Assembly (NCBI GenBank): GCA_016839945.1
Contig: JAEOTE010000092.1
Span: 1 to 45,301, forward strand
Length of the DNA: 45,301 bases
Reading direction: 5' to 3'
From: Candidatus Heimdallarchaeota archaeon
GTDB taxonomy: Archaea; Asgardarchaeota; Heimdallarchaeia; Heimdallarchaeales; Heimdallarchaeaceae
Part shown: piece by piece, positions 26,671 to 36,858 of the stretch
How positions within the stretch are numbered: position 1 is the first letter of the stretch
Layout of the letters: each line of letters starts with the position of its first letter
Translations under genes and position numbers: made by a program
The notes under the pieces: model-generated
What the model saw: only the letters and a program-made list of their open reading frames with translations
What the model was told of the DNA's origin: nothing
Database searches by the model: none

Positions 26671-27357
26671 TTACTTAAAACTCTTTTTTCTTTTATAATA
26701 AAATCTAATAGAAATTAAGATAAAAATTGAAGATAGTACAAAAAGTGAAGTATTTGTTTCGGTAGAATCAGTACCATTTTCGATCCAATTATGGTAGAAG
26801 GCTTCTATAGCATCAATTTCTGTATATAACCCAGAAATATATTCGATTTGAATATAGCGTGCTTCTTCCCAACCAATAAAAGCTAAATCAAAACTTTGGT
26901 TACCTTCAGCTGTTCCAATATCAACAAAAACTTGTGAAAGGTTATTACCAACTTTTACTTTATAAGTTCCTTGTCCAGCTATTACATTAAAATCGTCCCC
27001 TGTTCCATCAAGAATCTGTTCATTATTCCCCATATCTAAGGTGATAAGACCACTTGAATAATCTGAAAAAATTCGAGAAAAAACTCCATCAGGTGCTCCT
27101 AAAGCATCAGAACCACTAATGTAATAGTATGATAATTCGTTAATTAATTCATTTGCGTAGGAATCGTTCTTATAGCTATTCTTTACTGCATTATAAACAC
27201 AAAAATCTCCAAGAAAAGGTGAATTAGAAGAAGATATTTGCATTATATTACATTGTGAACAAAAAACAAAAATTTGAACTATGAAAACAAGAAGGAAAAG
27301 TTTTCCTAATCTTTTTCTGGAAAATGATTTGAAAGATAATGGTAGTTTTAGATTCAT
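26671..27357 (-). CDS. secreted, C-terminally anchored cell-surface protein of unknown function
   Basis: Signal-like N-terminus, ALGAPDG, ILDGTGDDF, EIDAIE; S/T linker + TM + KRKK tail. Confidence 0.7.
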   Translation of the reverse strand: MNLKLPLSFKSFSRKRLGKLFLLVFIVQIFVFCSQCNIMQISSSNSPFLGDFCVYNAVKNSYKNDSYANELINELSYYYISGSDALGAPDGVFSRIFSDYSSGLITLDMGNNEQILDGTGDDFNVIAGQGTYKVKVGNNLSQVFVDIGTAEGNQSFDLAFIGWEEARYIQIEYISGLYTEIDAIEAFYHNWIENGTDSTETNTSLFVLSSIFILISIRFYYKRKKSFK

Positions 27358-27417
27358 TTTATGTTTCCATTTAGATGGTTGTTTTAGTGTATAAAATTAT
27401 TTTCCCATATCTATAAT

Positions 27418-29052
27418 CTAACTGTTACCACGTATTTTAGGTAATCTTATTCCTTTAAAGTAACTTTTGAAAAGATCTAAAAGGAATTTTATATCTTCTC
27501 TAGTTATTAATTTTAATATAGCAACTATACTACAGAATAGAATTGTACTAATTCCAAATGATAAAAGAACATTGAAATTAGTATTCAAGAATGTAAAAGC
27601 AAAGTAATAGAGTATAGCACCAATTCCTGATGAAAAGATCATAACTAAGATAATTGAAGCTAATATCTTAATTGGATATTTGACTTTGAAATATTTTTGG
27701 GATACAATTGCTAAACCAAAGAAATAAAGAAATCTTCTTACTAGATATGCACAAGCAATACCCAACAAACCATCTATTGGGACAAGGAAATAAGCTGTAA
27801 GAGCTGCCAATATAAAAGAAATTATCCCTACAATTAAGTTCCAATAATTCTTAAAATACAATGCATGCCCGTAGTTTGTTATCCTCCCCATATATTGTAT
27901 AACTATGGATACTAACAAAATAGGTATGATATATAGACTTGGTAGATAGTCTGATCTTGTAAAAAGAAGTATTAGAAAAGGTGAAATTGCAAAAAGACCC
28001 AGAGTAAGTGGAAACATTAGAATAGTAAATAGTTTTGAAATTTGTATTGAAAATTTTCTCATATAGCTATAATTTTCTTTTTCAAAATGCTTGTAGATCA
28101 TCGGACTATATACCATTCGAAAAACATTTCCGGCAAGGAGTATAAGATTTACAACGGTTAGAGCACCATATCTATATAGCGCTATTACTTCATTTCCCGT
28201 TACTATTGTTGTGTCAGAGACTATTAAATCAAGAACGCGATCAGCAGGAGAAGAGAAATTTATTATTGATCTTAAATCTACAATAAATTCAACATATATA
28301 AGAATCCCCAAATCAAAAAGATACCAAAGGTTTCCTACAATATAAACAGGGAGAGAAAATTCCATTATTTTCTTTAATTCTGTGAAAGAAAATTTTCCAA
28401 TACCTATATCTCTGATTATTACAAAGCCTGTAAATAATGTCACAATAATCTCTGTTGTAGCTAAACCTGCTATTAAACCGAATATTCCCCATTTGAGTAG
28501 AATTACAAAAAGTAACCCAAAGGGTACTTGCAGTAAGACTCTCATAATTACAACTATTGAATAATATCTGCTATTTTGAAGTGATGTTGCTACTGAAATA
28601 AATATGGTGGTGATAAATTGTGCTAGAACAATACCTGCAACTAAGAATAAAGTAATGACGTAATTTTCAACTTCTAGAAAGGATATTGGTTTTCCTGATA
28701 TAATGTAGGAAATCAAAAATCCCAATATTAGAAGAAATTCAACAACAACGAATGTAATGAATCCTGTGAAAACAAAATTTTTTAAATTTTGCAGCTTATC
28801 TTTTGTTTTGTATCTTACTGCATATCTATTAAGTGCTGTTGGAATACCTAAAGCTCCAAAACTCATTACTAATGCAACAGCTGAAAGTATTATGGTGTAT
28901 TGACCCATTTCAGCTTGTGATAGAACATTGGTGAAAATCTTTGTAAACGCAATTCCCAGTAATTTTGCAATTACAAACGAAATAAGGAAAGTGAAAACAA
29001 ATCTTGAGCTTTTTCCTTGATCTATCAAAGATTTCTCAGATACACTTTCCAT
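27418..29052 (-). CDS. oligosaccharide flippase (Wzx/RfbX, MOP superfamily)
   Basis: About 14 TM; FTNVLSQAEMGQY, LGIPTALNRY, FSLP pattern. Confidence 0.85.
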   Translation of the reverse strand: MESVSEKSLIDQGKSSRFVFTFLISFVIAKLLGIAFTKIFTNVLSQAEMGQYTIILSAVALVMSFGALGIPTALNRYAVRYKTKDKLQNLKNFVFTGFITFVVVEFLLILGFLISYIISGKPISFLEVENYVITLFLVAGIVLAQFITTIFISVATSLQNSRYYSIVVIMRVLLQVPFGLLFVILLKWGIFGLIAGLATTEIIVTLFTGFVIIRDIGIGKFSFTELKKIMEFSLPVYIVGNLWYLFDLGILIYVEFIVDLRSIINFSSPADRVLDLIVSDTTIVTGNEVIALYRYGALTVVNLILLAGNVFRMVYSPMIYKHFEKENYSYMRKFSIQISKLFTILMFPLTLGLFAISPFLILLFTRSDYLPSLYIIPILLVSIVIQYMGRITNYGHALYFKNYWNLIVGIISFILAALTAYFLVPIDGLLGIACAYLVRRFLYFFGLAIVSQKYFKVKYPIKILASIILVMIFSSGIGAILYYFAFTFLNTNFNVLLSFGISTILFCSIVAILKLITREDIKFLLDLFKSYFKGIRLPKIRGNS

Positions 29053-29222
29053 TTTTTTCCACCAATTGTAGATTATAGGATTCTCTAACTTTTTAAGATT
29101 ATCTAATTTTTATGTATAAGTTTTTCTGATTACTCTTTAAAAATCTGTAAATAAGCATCATAAAATATTTATTTCAATAAGGGACATATACATGAAAGAT
29201 AGAGAAGGAAAATGTAACTAAA

Positions 29223-30161
29223 GTGAAAGATTCTATGATAAAAAGGAAAAAGAGAAGTCTGCTATATCTTATAAAGAATAGGGAACTTAAGAAACAAATA
29301 AAGTGGAAGTATTATATAAATACAAACCACAACCCTAGCAAAACGCTTTTTATATCTGGAATGGGTAGAAGCGGCACAACTTGGCTTTCACAAATTTTAA
29401 ATTATGACAACAGATATAGATATATTTTTGAGCCTTTTTATCCAGAGAGATCAGATCTGTGCAATTTTTTTGAAAAAAGACAATACCTAAGACCTAACAC
29501 AAATTATCCAAAGTATCTTTATTCTGCAAATCAAATAATATCAGGTAAAGTCAGAAGTCATTTCTTGGATCGATATAATGCAAAATTCCTTTGTAGAAAA
29601 AGAATGGTAAAAGATGTCCAAACAAATCTACTTCTAGGGTGGATAAATCAGAATTTTAAGAAAACAAAAATACTACTAACTATAAGACATCCCTGTGCAG
29701 TTGCAAATTCTTGGCTGAAATTAAACTGGGAACCTTTAGTTGATGTGTACTTAAATCAAAAAGAACTAGTTGAAGATTATTTGAAGGAATTTGAAAAGGA
29801 TATTAAAAAAGCTGAAACCAAATATGAGAAACTATTGTATATGTGGTGCATAGAATATTATGTTCCCTTGCAACAAAAAAGAAATAATTTACTTGAAATG
29901 AAACAAATATTATACGAGGATCTGTGTCGAAATTTTGAGCAAACAATAAGAAGTGTTTATGAATATATTGAAGAGAAACACAGTCCATCTCTCTACGAAA
30001 TGAAGGATAAACCATCATATACTACCCGTCCTTTTGCAGCTATTTTACAAAAAACTAATCTCCTACATTCATGGAAAGATAGTCTGACAAAAAAGCAAAT
30101 CAAACAAGCAAGAGATATAACATCTCTATTTGAATTAGAAAAAATGTACGAATTTAAATAA
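29223..30161 (+). CDS. PAPS-dependent sulfotransferase
   Basis: 5'-PSB SGMGRSGTTWL, FEPF, 3'-PB IRHPCAVANSW, LYEDL. Confidence 0.88.
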   Translation: MKDSMIKRKKRSLLYLIKNRELKKQIKWKYYINTNHNPSKTLFISGMGRSGTTWLSQILNYDNRYRYIFEPFYPERSDLCNFFEKRQYLRPNTNYPKYLYSANQIISGKVRSHFLDRYNAKFLCRKRMVKDVQTNLLLGWINQNFKKTKILLTIRHPCAVANSWLKLNWEPLVDVYLNQKELVEDYLKEFEKDIKKAETKYEKLLYMWCIEYYVPLQQKRNNLLEMKQILYEDLCRNFEQTIRSVYEYIEEKHSPSLYEMKDKPSYTTRPFAAILQKTNLLHSWKDSLTKKQIKQARDITSLFELEKMYEFK

Positions 30162-30254
30162 AGTAAATCTAAATTTACTCTAAAAATCAGAATACTTTTA
30201 TTGAACTAAAAATCAGTATAATTAAATCTTTAATAGTTAAAGAGGAGAAATTTA

Positions 30255-30710
30255 ATGGAGAAATGGAAGAAAGATTTTCTTGAATGGATAGATTTTGAAT
30301 CAAATGATTACCATCCATTTGTTTGGATAAGAGGTGAACCAAAAATCGGTAAGAATGTCTATATAGGTTTTTTTACAACAATAAATGCAAAGGATAGTAA
30401 TATCGAAATAGGAGATTATTGTGATATAGCTCCCTTTGTTAGCATAAATTGCGCTGATAGTCATAAAAGATGTATTGGCTTACTTAATGACATTGAACGC
30501 CAACCAATAATAATTGAAAACAATGTTTTCATTGGTTCTCATAGTGTAATTAAAGCTGGAGCTCATATTGGTCATCATTCAGTAATAGCAGCTGCAACTG
30601 TGGTAGATCCTGTTAAAATTCCTCCTTATTCTTTGGTTATAGGAAATCCAATGAAAGTAAAAGAAGGGTATTATAAATCAAAATTACAGGAATTAGGTAA
30701 ATTAGATTAG
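30255..30710 (+). CDS. hexapeptide-repeat (LbH) acyltransferase
   Basis: KIGKNVYIG, EIGDYCDIA, IIENNVFIG, HIGHHSVIAA, VIGNP. Confidence 0.88.
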   Translation: MEKWKKDFLEWIDFESNDYHPFVWIRGEPKIGKNVYIGFFTTINAKDSNIEIGDYCDIAPFVSINCADSHKRCIGLLNDIERQPIIIENNVFIGSHSVIKAGAHIGHHSVIAAATVVDPVKIPPYSLVIGNPMKVKEGYYKSKLQELGKLD

Positions 30711-30724
30711 CAATCACTATATTT

Positions 30725-31774
30725 TCACTCAATTAACTCCCAATTTAAAGGGGTTCCTTTCTTAATATCTTTCTTAACTTTTTTACCTAGAATTTCTTTA
30801 AGATATTTTGTGTGCAATCCAAAAGCTGGTCGTATAGATTTCACATTTTCTTTTGTTAATAAATCACCAGCTTTGATGTCTTGAATAATAAATAGTGACC
30901 TTGAGAATTCTTTGCTTTTTTTCATTTTCTCTGTTAATCTATAATCTGAACTTCCAAGAGCCTTCTCAATTTCTCTAATTGAATCCACCATTGATTTAAA
31001 TTCATCTGGTTCTAAAGAAAAAGCTGCATCAGGTCCCCCTAGATTCCTGTCAAAAGTAAGATGCTTTTCTATTAAGCATGCTCCAAGAGAAACAGCTGCA
31101 ATAGGTACAGAAACTCCTAATGTGTGATCTGATAATCCAACTAATGTTCCAAATTTCTTTGAAAGATATTCTATTGTTTTTAGATTCACATCTTCCAATG
31201 GTGTTGGATATGCTGAAGTACATTTGAGTAAAATTATTTGATTATTCCCTGTTCTCTTACATGCTTCTATTGCTTCTTCAATGTCTTCAATTTCAGCTAT
31301 ACCTGTAGAAATAATGATGGGTTTTCCCTTGGAAGCAACATACTCTATAAGAGGTAAATCAGTAATCTCAAAAGAAGCTATTTTATAAGCTGGAACATTC
31401 ATTTTTTCCAAGAAATCTACAGCTGTTTTATCAAAGGGTGATGAAAAGCATAACATTCCTAAATCTTCTGCAATTTCTTTTAATTTTGGTTGCCACTCCC
31501 AAGGAGTATATGCTTCTTCATAAAGTTGGTAAAGAGTTTTCCCATCCCATATGGTTTCCTGTTTAATGCGGAAATATTTATTATCACAATCTAAGGTTAT
31601 AGTGTCTGGAGTATATGTCTGTAATTTAATTGCATCTGCTCCTGCTTCTTTTGCAGCTTTGACAATTTTTATAGCTAACTCATAATCATGCAAATGATTT
31701 GCAGAAAGCTCTGCTACTATTAAAACTGGATTTTTTTTCCCAACTTTTATGTCACCAATTTTGATCGGTTTCAT
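30725..31774 (-). CDS. pseI: pseudaminic acid synthase (NeuB/SpsE family)
   Basis: AELSANH, KLQTYTPDTIT, YTPWEW, KIASFE, LLKCTSAYP, GLSDHT, IEKH, C-terminal SAF domain. Confidence 0.92.
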   Translation of the reverse strand: MKPIKIGDIKVGKKNPVLIVAELSANHLHDYELAIKIVKAAKEAGADAIKLQTYTPDTITLDCDNKYFRIKQETIWDGKTLYQLYEEAYTPWEWQPKLKEIAEDLGMLCFSSPFDKTAVDFLEKMNVPAYKIASFEITDLPLIEYVASKGKPIIISTGIAEIEDIEEAIEACKRTGNNQIILLKCTSAYPTPLEDVNLKTIEYLSKKFGTLVGLSDHTLGVSVPIAAVSLGACLIEKHLTFDRNLGGPDAAFSLEPDEFKSMVDSIREIEKALGSSDYRLTEKMKKSKEFSRSLFIIQDIKAGDLLTKENVKSIRPAFGLHTKYLKEILGKKVKKDIKKGTPLNWELIE

Positions 31775-31896
31775 TTCATCACCAATTAGATGTTTATTTT
31801 ACTGTATTTAGTTTTACTATCTTTTAATCTTTATTAAAATAGTTTTTAATGTAGTACATAATAATACTTACTGTAAATTCAAGAGATGCTTTTTGC

Positions 31897-32664
31897 ATGA
31901 AAGAAAAAACTATTGCTGTTGTACAAGCTCGTATGGATTCATCTAGACTTCCAAGAAAATCTATGTTGAAAATTGGTAACTGGTCTCTAATCGAATTAGT
32001 TTTGAAAAGAGTAAATCTTTCTTCCAGAATTGATGAAATAATTCTAGCTACTACCAACAATCCAAAAGATGATGCATTAGTAACCCATGTTGAGAATCTG
32101 GGATATCAGGTTTTTAGAGGATCTGAGCAAGATGTTTTATCCAGATTTTATAATGCTCTATCTTCATTTAAAACAGCAATAGTTGTAAGAATTACAGGTG
32201 ACTGTCCTTTGATATCCCCTAAATTAATTGATTTGGCAATCCAGAGATTTTCAGAAACAAAAGCTGATTATTTATCTCTCTCGATAGGTAAAGAAAAGAA
32301 TTTAGCATTTCCAAGGGGTTTAGACGTAGAAATCACAAGTTTTGAAGCATTGAGTGATGCTTATAATAAAGCTGAAAAAGATTATGAAAGAGAGCATGTG
32401 ATGCCTTATCTTTATACACACAAAGAAGATTATTCAGTAATTTATCTAGATCCTGAAGTTGAAGAATCAAGACCTAACTATCGTTTGTGTGTAGACACAC
32501 AGAAAGATTTAGAGCTGATTACAGCAATTTATAATGTCTTCAAAGAAAATTTGATTAATATAAACTATAAAGAAATAATCAAATTTTTGGATGATAATCC
32601 GCAAATATCAGAAATAAACAAAGAAGTAGAGCAAAAAGACTTTACTGTTGCTGACGATAGATAA
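31897..32664 (+). CDS. acylneuraminate / pseudaminate cytidylyltransferase (SpsF/PseF-like)
   Basis: VQARMDSSRLPRK, FRGSEQDVLSRF, RITGDCP, REHVMPY, RLCVDT. Confidence 0.88.
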   Translation: MKEKTIAVVQARMDSSRLPRKSMLKIGNWSLIELVLKRVNLSSRIDEIILATTNNPKDDALVTHVENLGYQVFRGSEQDVLSRFYNALSSFKTAIVVRITGDCPLISPKLIDLAIQRFSETKADYLSLSIGKEKNLAFPRGLDVEITSFEALSDAYNKAEKDYEREHVMPYLYTHKEDYSVIYLDPEVEESRPNYRLCVDTQKDLELITAIYNVFKENLININYKEIIKFLDDNPQISEINKEVEQKDFTVADDR

Positions 32665-32743
32665 GAATAACAATATTCAAATAAAGTAGAAAATTCTTCC
32701 TTATTAGCAAAATAACAAAATAATACCTGAGAGTGATTTTCTT

Positions 32744-33781
32744 TTGAACAAGATAGAAGATAAGATATGGGAATGTATCCAAGATAAAATCATATTAATT
32801 ACTGGAGGAACTGGTTTTTTAGGTAAATCTCTAGCAACACGATTTCTAAAATATGAACCTCAATCACTTCGTATATTTAGTAGAGATGAAGTCAAGCATT
32901 TTCGTTTTAATAATGCTTTTGGGAGTAATCCTCTTATTCGAAATTTAATTGGTGATGTGAGGGATTATGATAGAATGATCAGAGCAGCAGAAGATGCAGA
33001 TGTACTCATTCATGCAGCTGCTTTAAAGAGAATAGATATACTTGAGTATAATGTTACAGAATCTGTTAAAACCAATGTTCTAGGTACTCTCAATGTTGCT
33101 AGAACTGCTTTAAGAAACAATATTTCGAAAGCTCTTTTTGTTTCCACAGATAAAGCATGTTATCCTCTAAATTCTTATGGAGCATGCAAGTTATTAGGTG
33201 AAAGAATATTTACAGAAATGAATTATAGTAAAGGTAAATCCAAATCAATTTTAAGTTCTGTTAGATACGGGAATGTTTTGGCTAGTACTGGTTCAGTGAT
33301 TCCATTCTTTAAGCAGAAGATTCAAGATAGTGAACCTATTCCTTTAACACATCCTGAAATGACCAGATTTATTGTTTCTGCAGAGCAAGCTGTTGATCTA
33401 GTCATGAAAGCTCTTGTTTATAGTGTTGGAGGAGAAGTTATAGTACCAATTTTACCATCGGCAAAAATTGTAGATTTAATTGAATCTATTAAAACTCTAT
33501 TGAATGCAGAAGGCGAAATTATTGATGTTGGCATTAGACCTGGTGAAAAAATTCATGAAATATTAATAAACGAATACGAGATTCCTCATACTTATAAATT
33601 TGAAGATCTTTATATTATCTCTTCTCTTATAGAAAAATACCAGACAGAGGTTGATAGACCTATTTATCAAACAAAGGGAGAATCTATGGTAAAAACTGAG
33701 ATGAAAGAATACTCTTCCAAAGATAATCTTATTTCTCAAGGTAAATTATTGGAACATCTCAAAAACTTAAACATATTATAA
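32744..33781 (+). CDS. pseB: UDP-GlcNAc 4,6-dehydratase (inverting)
   Basis: TGGTGFLG, FSRDE, GDVRD, HAAALK, STDKA, YGACK, VRYGNV, MTRF, GIRPGEKIHE. Confidence 0.88.
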   Translation: MNKIEDKIWECIQDKIILITGGTGFLGKSLATRFLKYEPQSLRIFSRDEVKHFRFNNAFGSNPLIRNLIGDVRDYDRMIRAAEDADVLIHAAALKRIDILEYNVTESVKTNVLGTLNVARTALRNNISKALFVSTDKACYPLNSYGACKLLGERIFTEMNYSKGKSKSILSSVRYGNVLASTGSVIPFFKQKIQDSEPIPLTHPEMTRFIVSAEQAVDLVMKALVYSVGGEVIVPILPSAKIVDLIESIKTLLNAEGEIIDVGIRPGEKIHEILINEYEIPHTYKFEDLYIISSLIEKYQTEVDRPIYQTKGESMVKTEMKEYSSKDNLISQGKLLEHLKNLNIL

Positions 33782-33791
33782 GGTTGGTTTC

Positions 33792-34928
33792 ATGAAAATC
33801 CCCTATGGAAAACAATGGATATTGGAAGAGGATATTGAAAAAGTAACAGACATTCTAAAATCTAACTATCTCACAACAGGTCCTGCTGTTAAGGACTTTG
33901 AAAAAGCATTTGCAGAATATGTTGGTGCTAAGTATGCAATCGCTGTTGCTAATGGGACTGCTGCTCTTCACTTAGCAGCTAAAGCTCTAGGTGTTCAAGC
34001 AGGATCAGACATTATTACTACTCCTATGTCTTTTGCAGCAACATCAAACTGTGTTTTATATAACTCTGGAAATCCTATTTTCGCAGATATAACTGAAAGA
34101 GGTTTAATTGATCCTTTTGAAATTGAAAAGAATCTGACAGAAAAAACAGAAGGTATCATACCTGTTCATTATATGGGTTTACCAAGTGAATTAGAAGAGA
34201 TTTCTAAGATAGCCAAAGAAAATAATTTATTCATTATTGAAGATGCATGTCATTCCATAGGTGCTAAGTATAAGAAAAGTTCAATTGGTGATTGCAAATT
34301 CTCTGATCTTGCTGTTTTTAGTTTTCATCCCGTTAAACATATAACCACAGGAGAAGGAGGAATAATTACAACAAATAATGAAGAACTATTTAGTTTACTT
34401 CAAGATTTAAGAACTCATGGGATAACTAAAGATAATTCAAAATTTAAAACAAAGCATAATGAACCTTGGTATCAAGAAATGCAGCATTTAGGATATAATT
34501 ATAGACTAACTGATATTCAAGCAGCACTTGGTTTAAGTCAGCTATCTAAAATTGATCAATTTATCAAAAGAAGAAGAGAAATAGCTGCAATATATTTTGA
34601 ATTCTTTATGGATTTTGAAGATTCAGTTGAAACTATTCCTGAAAGAGAACATGAATTTCATGCTTATCATTTGTTTGTGATCAAATTGAAAGATTCAATG
34701 AAAAGAGAAGAATTATTTAATTATCTTCAAAAAAGAGGTGTTTATTGCCAAGTACATTATATCCCAATTTATTGGCACCCTTACTATCGGGAGTTAGGTT
34801 TTAAGGAAAAATTATGCCCAAAAACTGAAGACTTCTATGAACGAATTATTTCTTTACCAATGTATCCAGCTTTGACTGTCGAAGAATTAGACTATGTTTT
34901 ATCATCGTTGAAGAAGTTTTTTAAATAA
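33792..34928 (+). CDS. pseC: UDP-4-amino-4,6-dideoxy-N-acetyl-altrosamine transaminase
   Basis: IPYGKQWI, NGTAALH, EDACH, SFHPVKHITTGEGG, GYNYRLTDIQAALG, QVHYIP. Confidence 0.92.
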   Translation: MKIPYGKQWILEEDIEKVTDILKSNYLTTGPAVKDFEKAFAEYVGAKYAIAVANGTAALHLAAKALGVQAGSDIITTPMSFAATSNCVLYNSGNPIFADITERGLIDPFEIEKNLTEKTEGIIPVHYMGLPSELEEISKIAKENNLFIIEDACHSIGAKYKKSSIGDCKFSDLAVFSFHPVKHITTGEGGIITTNNEELFSLLQDLRTHGITKDNSKFKTKHNEPWYQEMQHLGYNYRLTDIQAALGLSQLSKIDQFIKRRREIAAIYFEFFMDFEDSVETIPEREHEFHAYHLFVIKLKDSMKREELFNYLQKRGVYCQVHYIPIYWHPYYRELGFKEKLCPKTEDFYERIISLPMYPALTVEELDYVLSSLKKFFK

Positions 34929-34949
34929 ATATCTACTCTTGCTCTATAG

Positions 34950-35729
34950 GTGGAATCAATTCGTTTCGGAATTAAACTCTGGACAATTAATGAAGAATCT
35001 TTTCAAGCTTGTGAGAATCTTCTAGAATCAAAAACATTTGACTATCTAGAATTATACATTGTTCCTAATGAATATGATTTAGATTCCTTATCACGTTTTT
35101 CAAAATATGATATTATTCTACATGCTCCATCCTTCAATCATAAATTCAACATAATCAATAAAAACAATATATTTCACAACGCAATAAAATCTATAATTGA
35201 AGTTTCAGAAGTAGTTAGGAGTACTCATACAATTTTTCATCCAGGAGTGAAGATAAAGAAGACTAATCAAAATTATCTCGAGGTTGTCATTAATAACATA
35301 CAAGAGATTCAAGAGCAAGGAGTGGAAGTTATATTAGAAAATGTCCCTGCTTTAGCTTTAGATGGAACCACTGAATTAATTGCATCACGATTTAAAGATT
35401 TTAAATTCATCATTGAAAAAACAAAAGCATTAGTATGCATTGATATTGCACATACAGTAGCTAGTGCGAATAAGTTCAAGATAGATCCATTATCTTACAT
35501 CAAAAACTTCCTTGAACTAGAGCCTTATATGGTGCATATTTGTGATGGAGATTATAATGCAATCACAGATAAACATCTCAGTATCAGTAAAGGTTCCTTT
35601 CCATTAACTAATATTCTACAACTCTTGCCAAGAGATGTTCATATCTCTCTAGAAACCCCAAAAGTTGATTTTAAAAAACTGAAAGATGATATAGAAAATC
35701 TATATCTATTGAAAAATTTGTTAAATTAA
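34950..35729 (+). CDS. TIM-barrel metalloprotein (AP endonuclease 2 / xylose isomerase-like)
   Basis: LHAP, FHPG, LENVP, CIDIAH, VHICDG, DKH, LETP metal-ligand pattern. Confidence 0.8.
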   Translation: MESIRFGIKLWTINEESFQACENLLESKTFDYLELYIVPNEYDLDSLSRFSKYDIILHAPSFNHKFNIINKNNIFHNAIKSIIEVSEVVRSTHTIFHPGVKIKKTNQNYLEVVINNIQEIQEQGVEVILENVPALALDGTTELIASRFKDFKFIIEKTKALVCIDIAHTVASANKFKIDPLSYIKNFLELEPYMVHICDGDYNAITDKHLSISKGSFPLTNILQLLPRDVHISLETPKVDFKKLKDDIENLYLLKNLLN

Positions 35730-35793
35730 CTTTAAAGAACAAAATTCTAAATTCCAAATGATATTTTTACTAAATATTACACACCAAGAAAAA

Positions 35794-36858
35794 CTAAGAG
35801 AATCTAAGTTTTTTAATTGGTCTTTTTAGAAGACCAATGCCATATCGTAATGCATCCTTTCTTCTCAATTTTCCAGTTTTCAGTGAATGAAATGAACCTT
35901 TGAATAGTACAATTAAACCTGTTCCTACTTCTGAACTAAATTTTCCAAGAATGCCTAATTTTGTGCTTATTCCATTTCCTAACCTTCGTAATTTGAATCC
36001 AAAGTTTTTAAAGAAATATGTATACCAAGGTACAAATTTGAATCGTTTTTTGTATTTTTTATCTAGTTTTTCTTGTAAATTTACCATTACATCTTTCAAG
36101 CTTTTATTGTGTTTAATCATGTATTTTAATATAGGAACTGATTTTGGTCTAAATCCCATTATTTTTGAGCATACTATATCTACACAAGTGTCATTTGTTC
36201 CTGATATAATTAAATTAGACCTTATCATAGTTCCATCAGAAGGTCCAAAATACTCCATTCCAATTATTCCGTCAACAATACACAGATTTGATTTAAATAC
36301 CTGACTTAAATCATACATTATTTCATTCATGTAAGGATGATAATGTCCTCTGAATTTTCCAGGTATTAGTCCAAATAGATTTTTCAAACAAACAGTTATT
36401 TTCATACTTGCATGAGTTTTAAGTTTTGCAAAATTTATAAGCTTCGTAGCTTTTAACGTTTTTTCACTCACACGAAGTGTATCAAAATAATGTCCATCTA
36501 CACTAATCTCAACGATTTTATCTTTCGATAGATTTACTAGCTCAACTCCCATTTCTTTTTCTAGCTCTCTATATCCTAAAATTTCAAATTCTCTGGTTGC
36601 ATCAGATATTGGGTGATCACTTTCACCAATGATAATCCTACATTTTGCTTGTTTTTGAATTTCTTGAATAAGATATTTCACTAATTTAACATCAGTAGTA
36701 CTCCCTTCATTAGCTGATGCTAAATCACTCAAATTAGGTTTAATCAGAACTATATCGTTATCTGTAAAAGTTATATTGTTTTGTTCTAAAATTTCAGAAA
36801 ATAAATTACTGAAATTTGTTTCTTCATCAACCTCATGAACAAAAACAAAGTTATGCAT
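35794..36858 (-). CDS. DUF362 domain protein
   Basis: VLIKPNL, TTD, IGES, AKLKTH, CLKNLFG, IVDGI.GME..GP. ATG 36858 has a GGTGAGG RBS and overlaps the upstream stop (ORF open from 36870). Confidence 0.85.
   Translation of the reverse strand: MHNFVFVHEVDEETNFSNLFSEILEQNNITFTDNDIVLIKPNLSDLASANEGSTTDVKLVKYLIQEIQKQAKCRIIIGESDHPISDATREFEILGYRELEKEMGVELVNLSKDKIVEISVDGHYFDTLRVSEKTLKATKLINFAKLKTHASMKITVCLKNLFGLIPGKFRGHYHPYMNEIMYDLSQVFKSNLCIVDGIIGMEYFGPSDGTMIRSNLIISGTNDTCVDIVCSKIMGFRPKSVPILKYMIKHNKSLKDVMVNLQEKLDKKYKKRFKFVPWYTYFFKNFGFKLRRLGNGISTKLGILGKFSSEVGTGLIVLFKGSFHSLKTGKLRRKDALRYGIGLLKRPIKKLRFS

Noticed and set aside
30725-31774. Sialic acid (Neu5Ac) or legionaminic acid synthase
   Set aside because: SANH/QTY/TPWEW motifs and adjacent PseB/PseC favour the pseudaminic type; no NeuC/LegG is evident.
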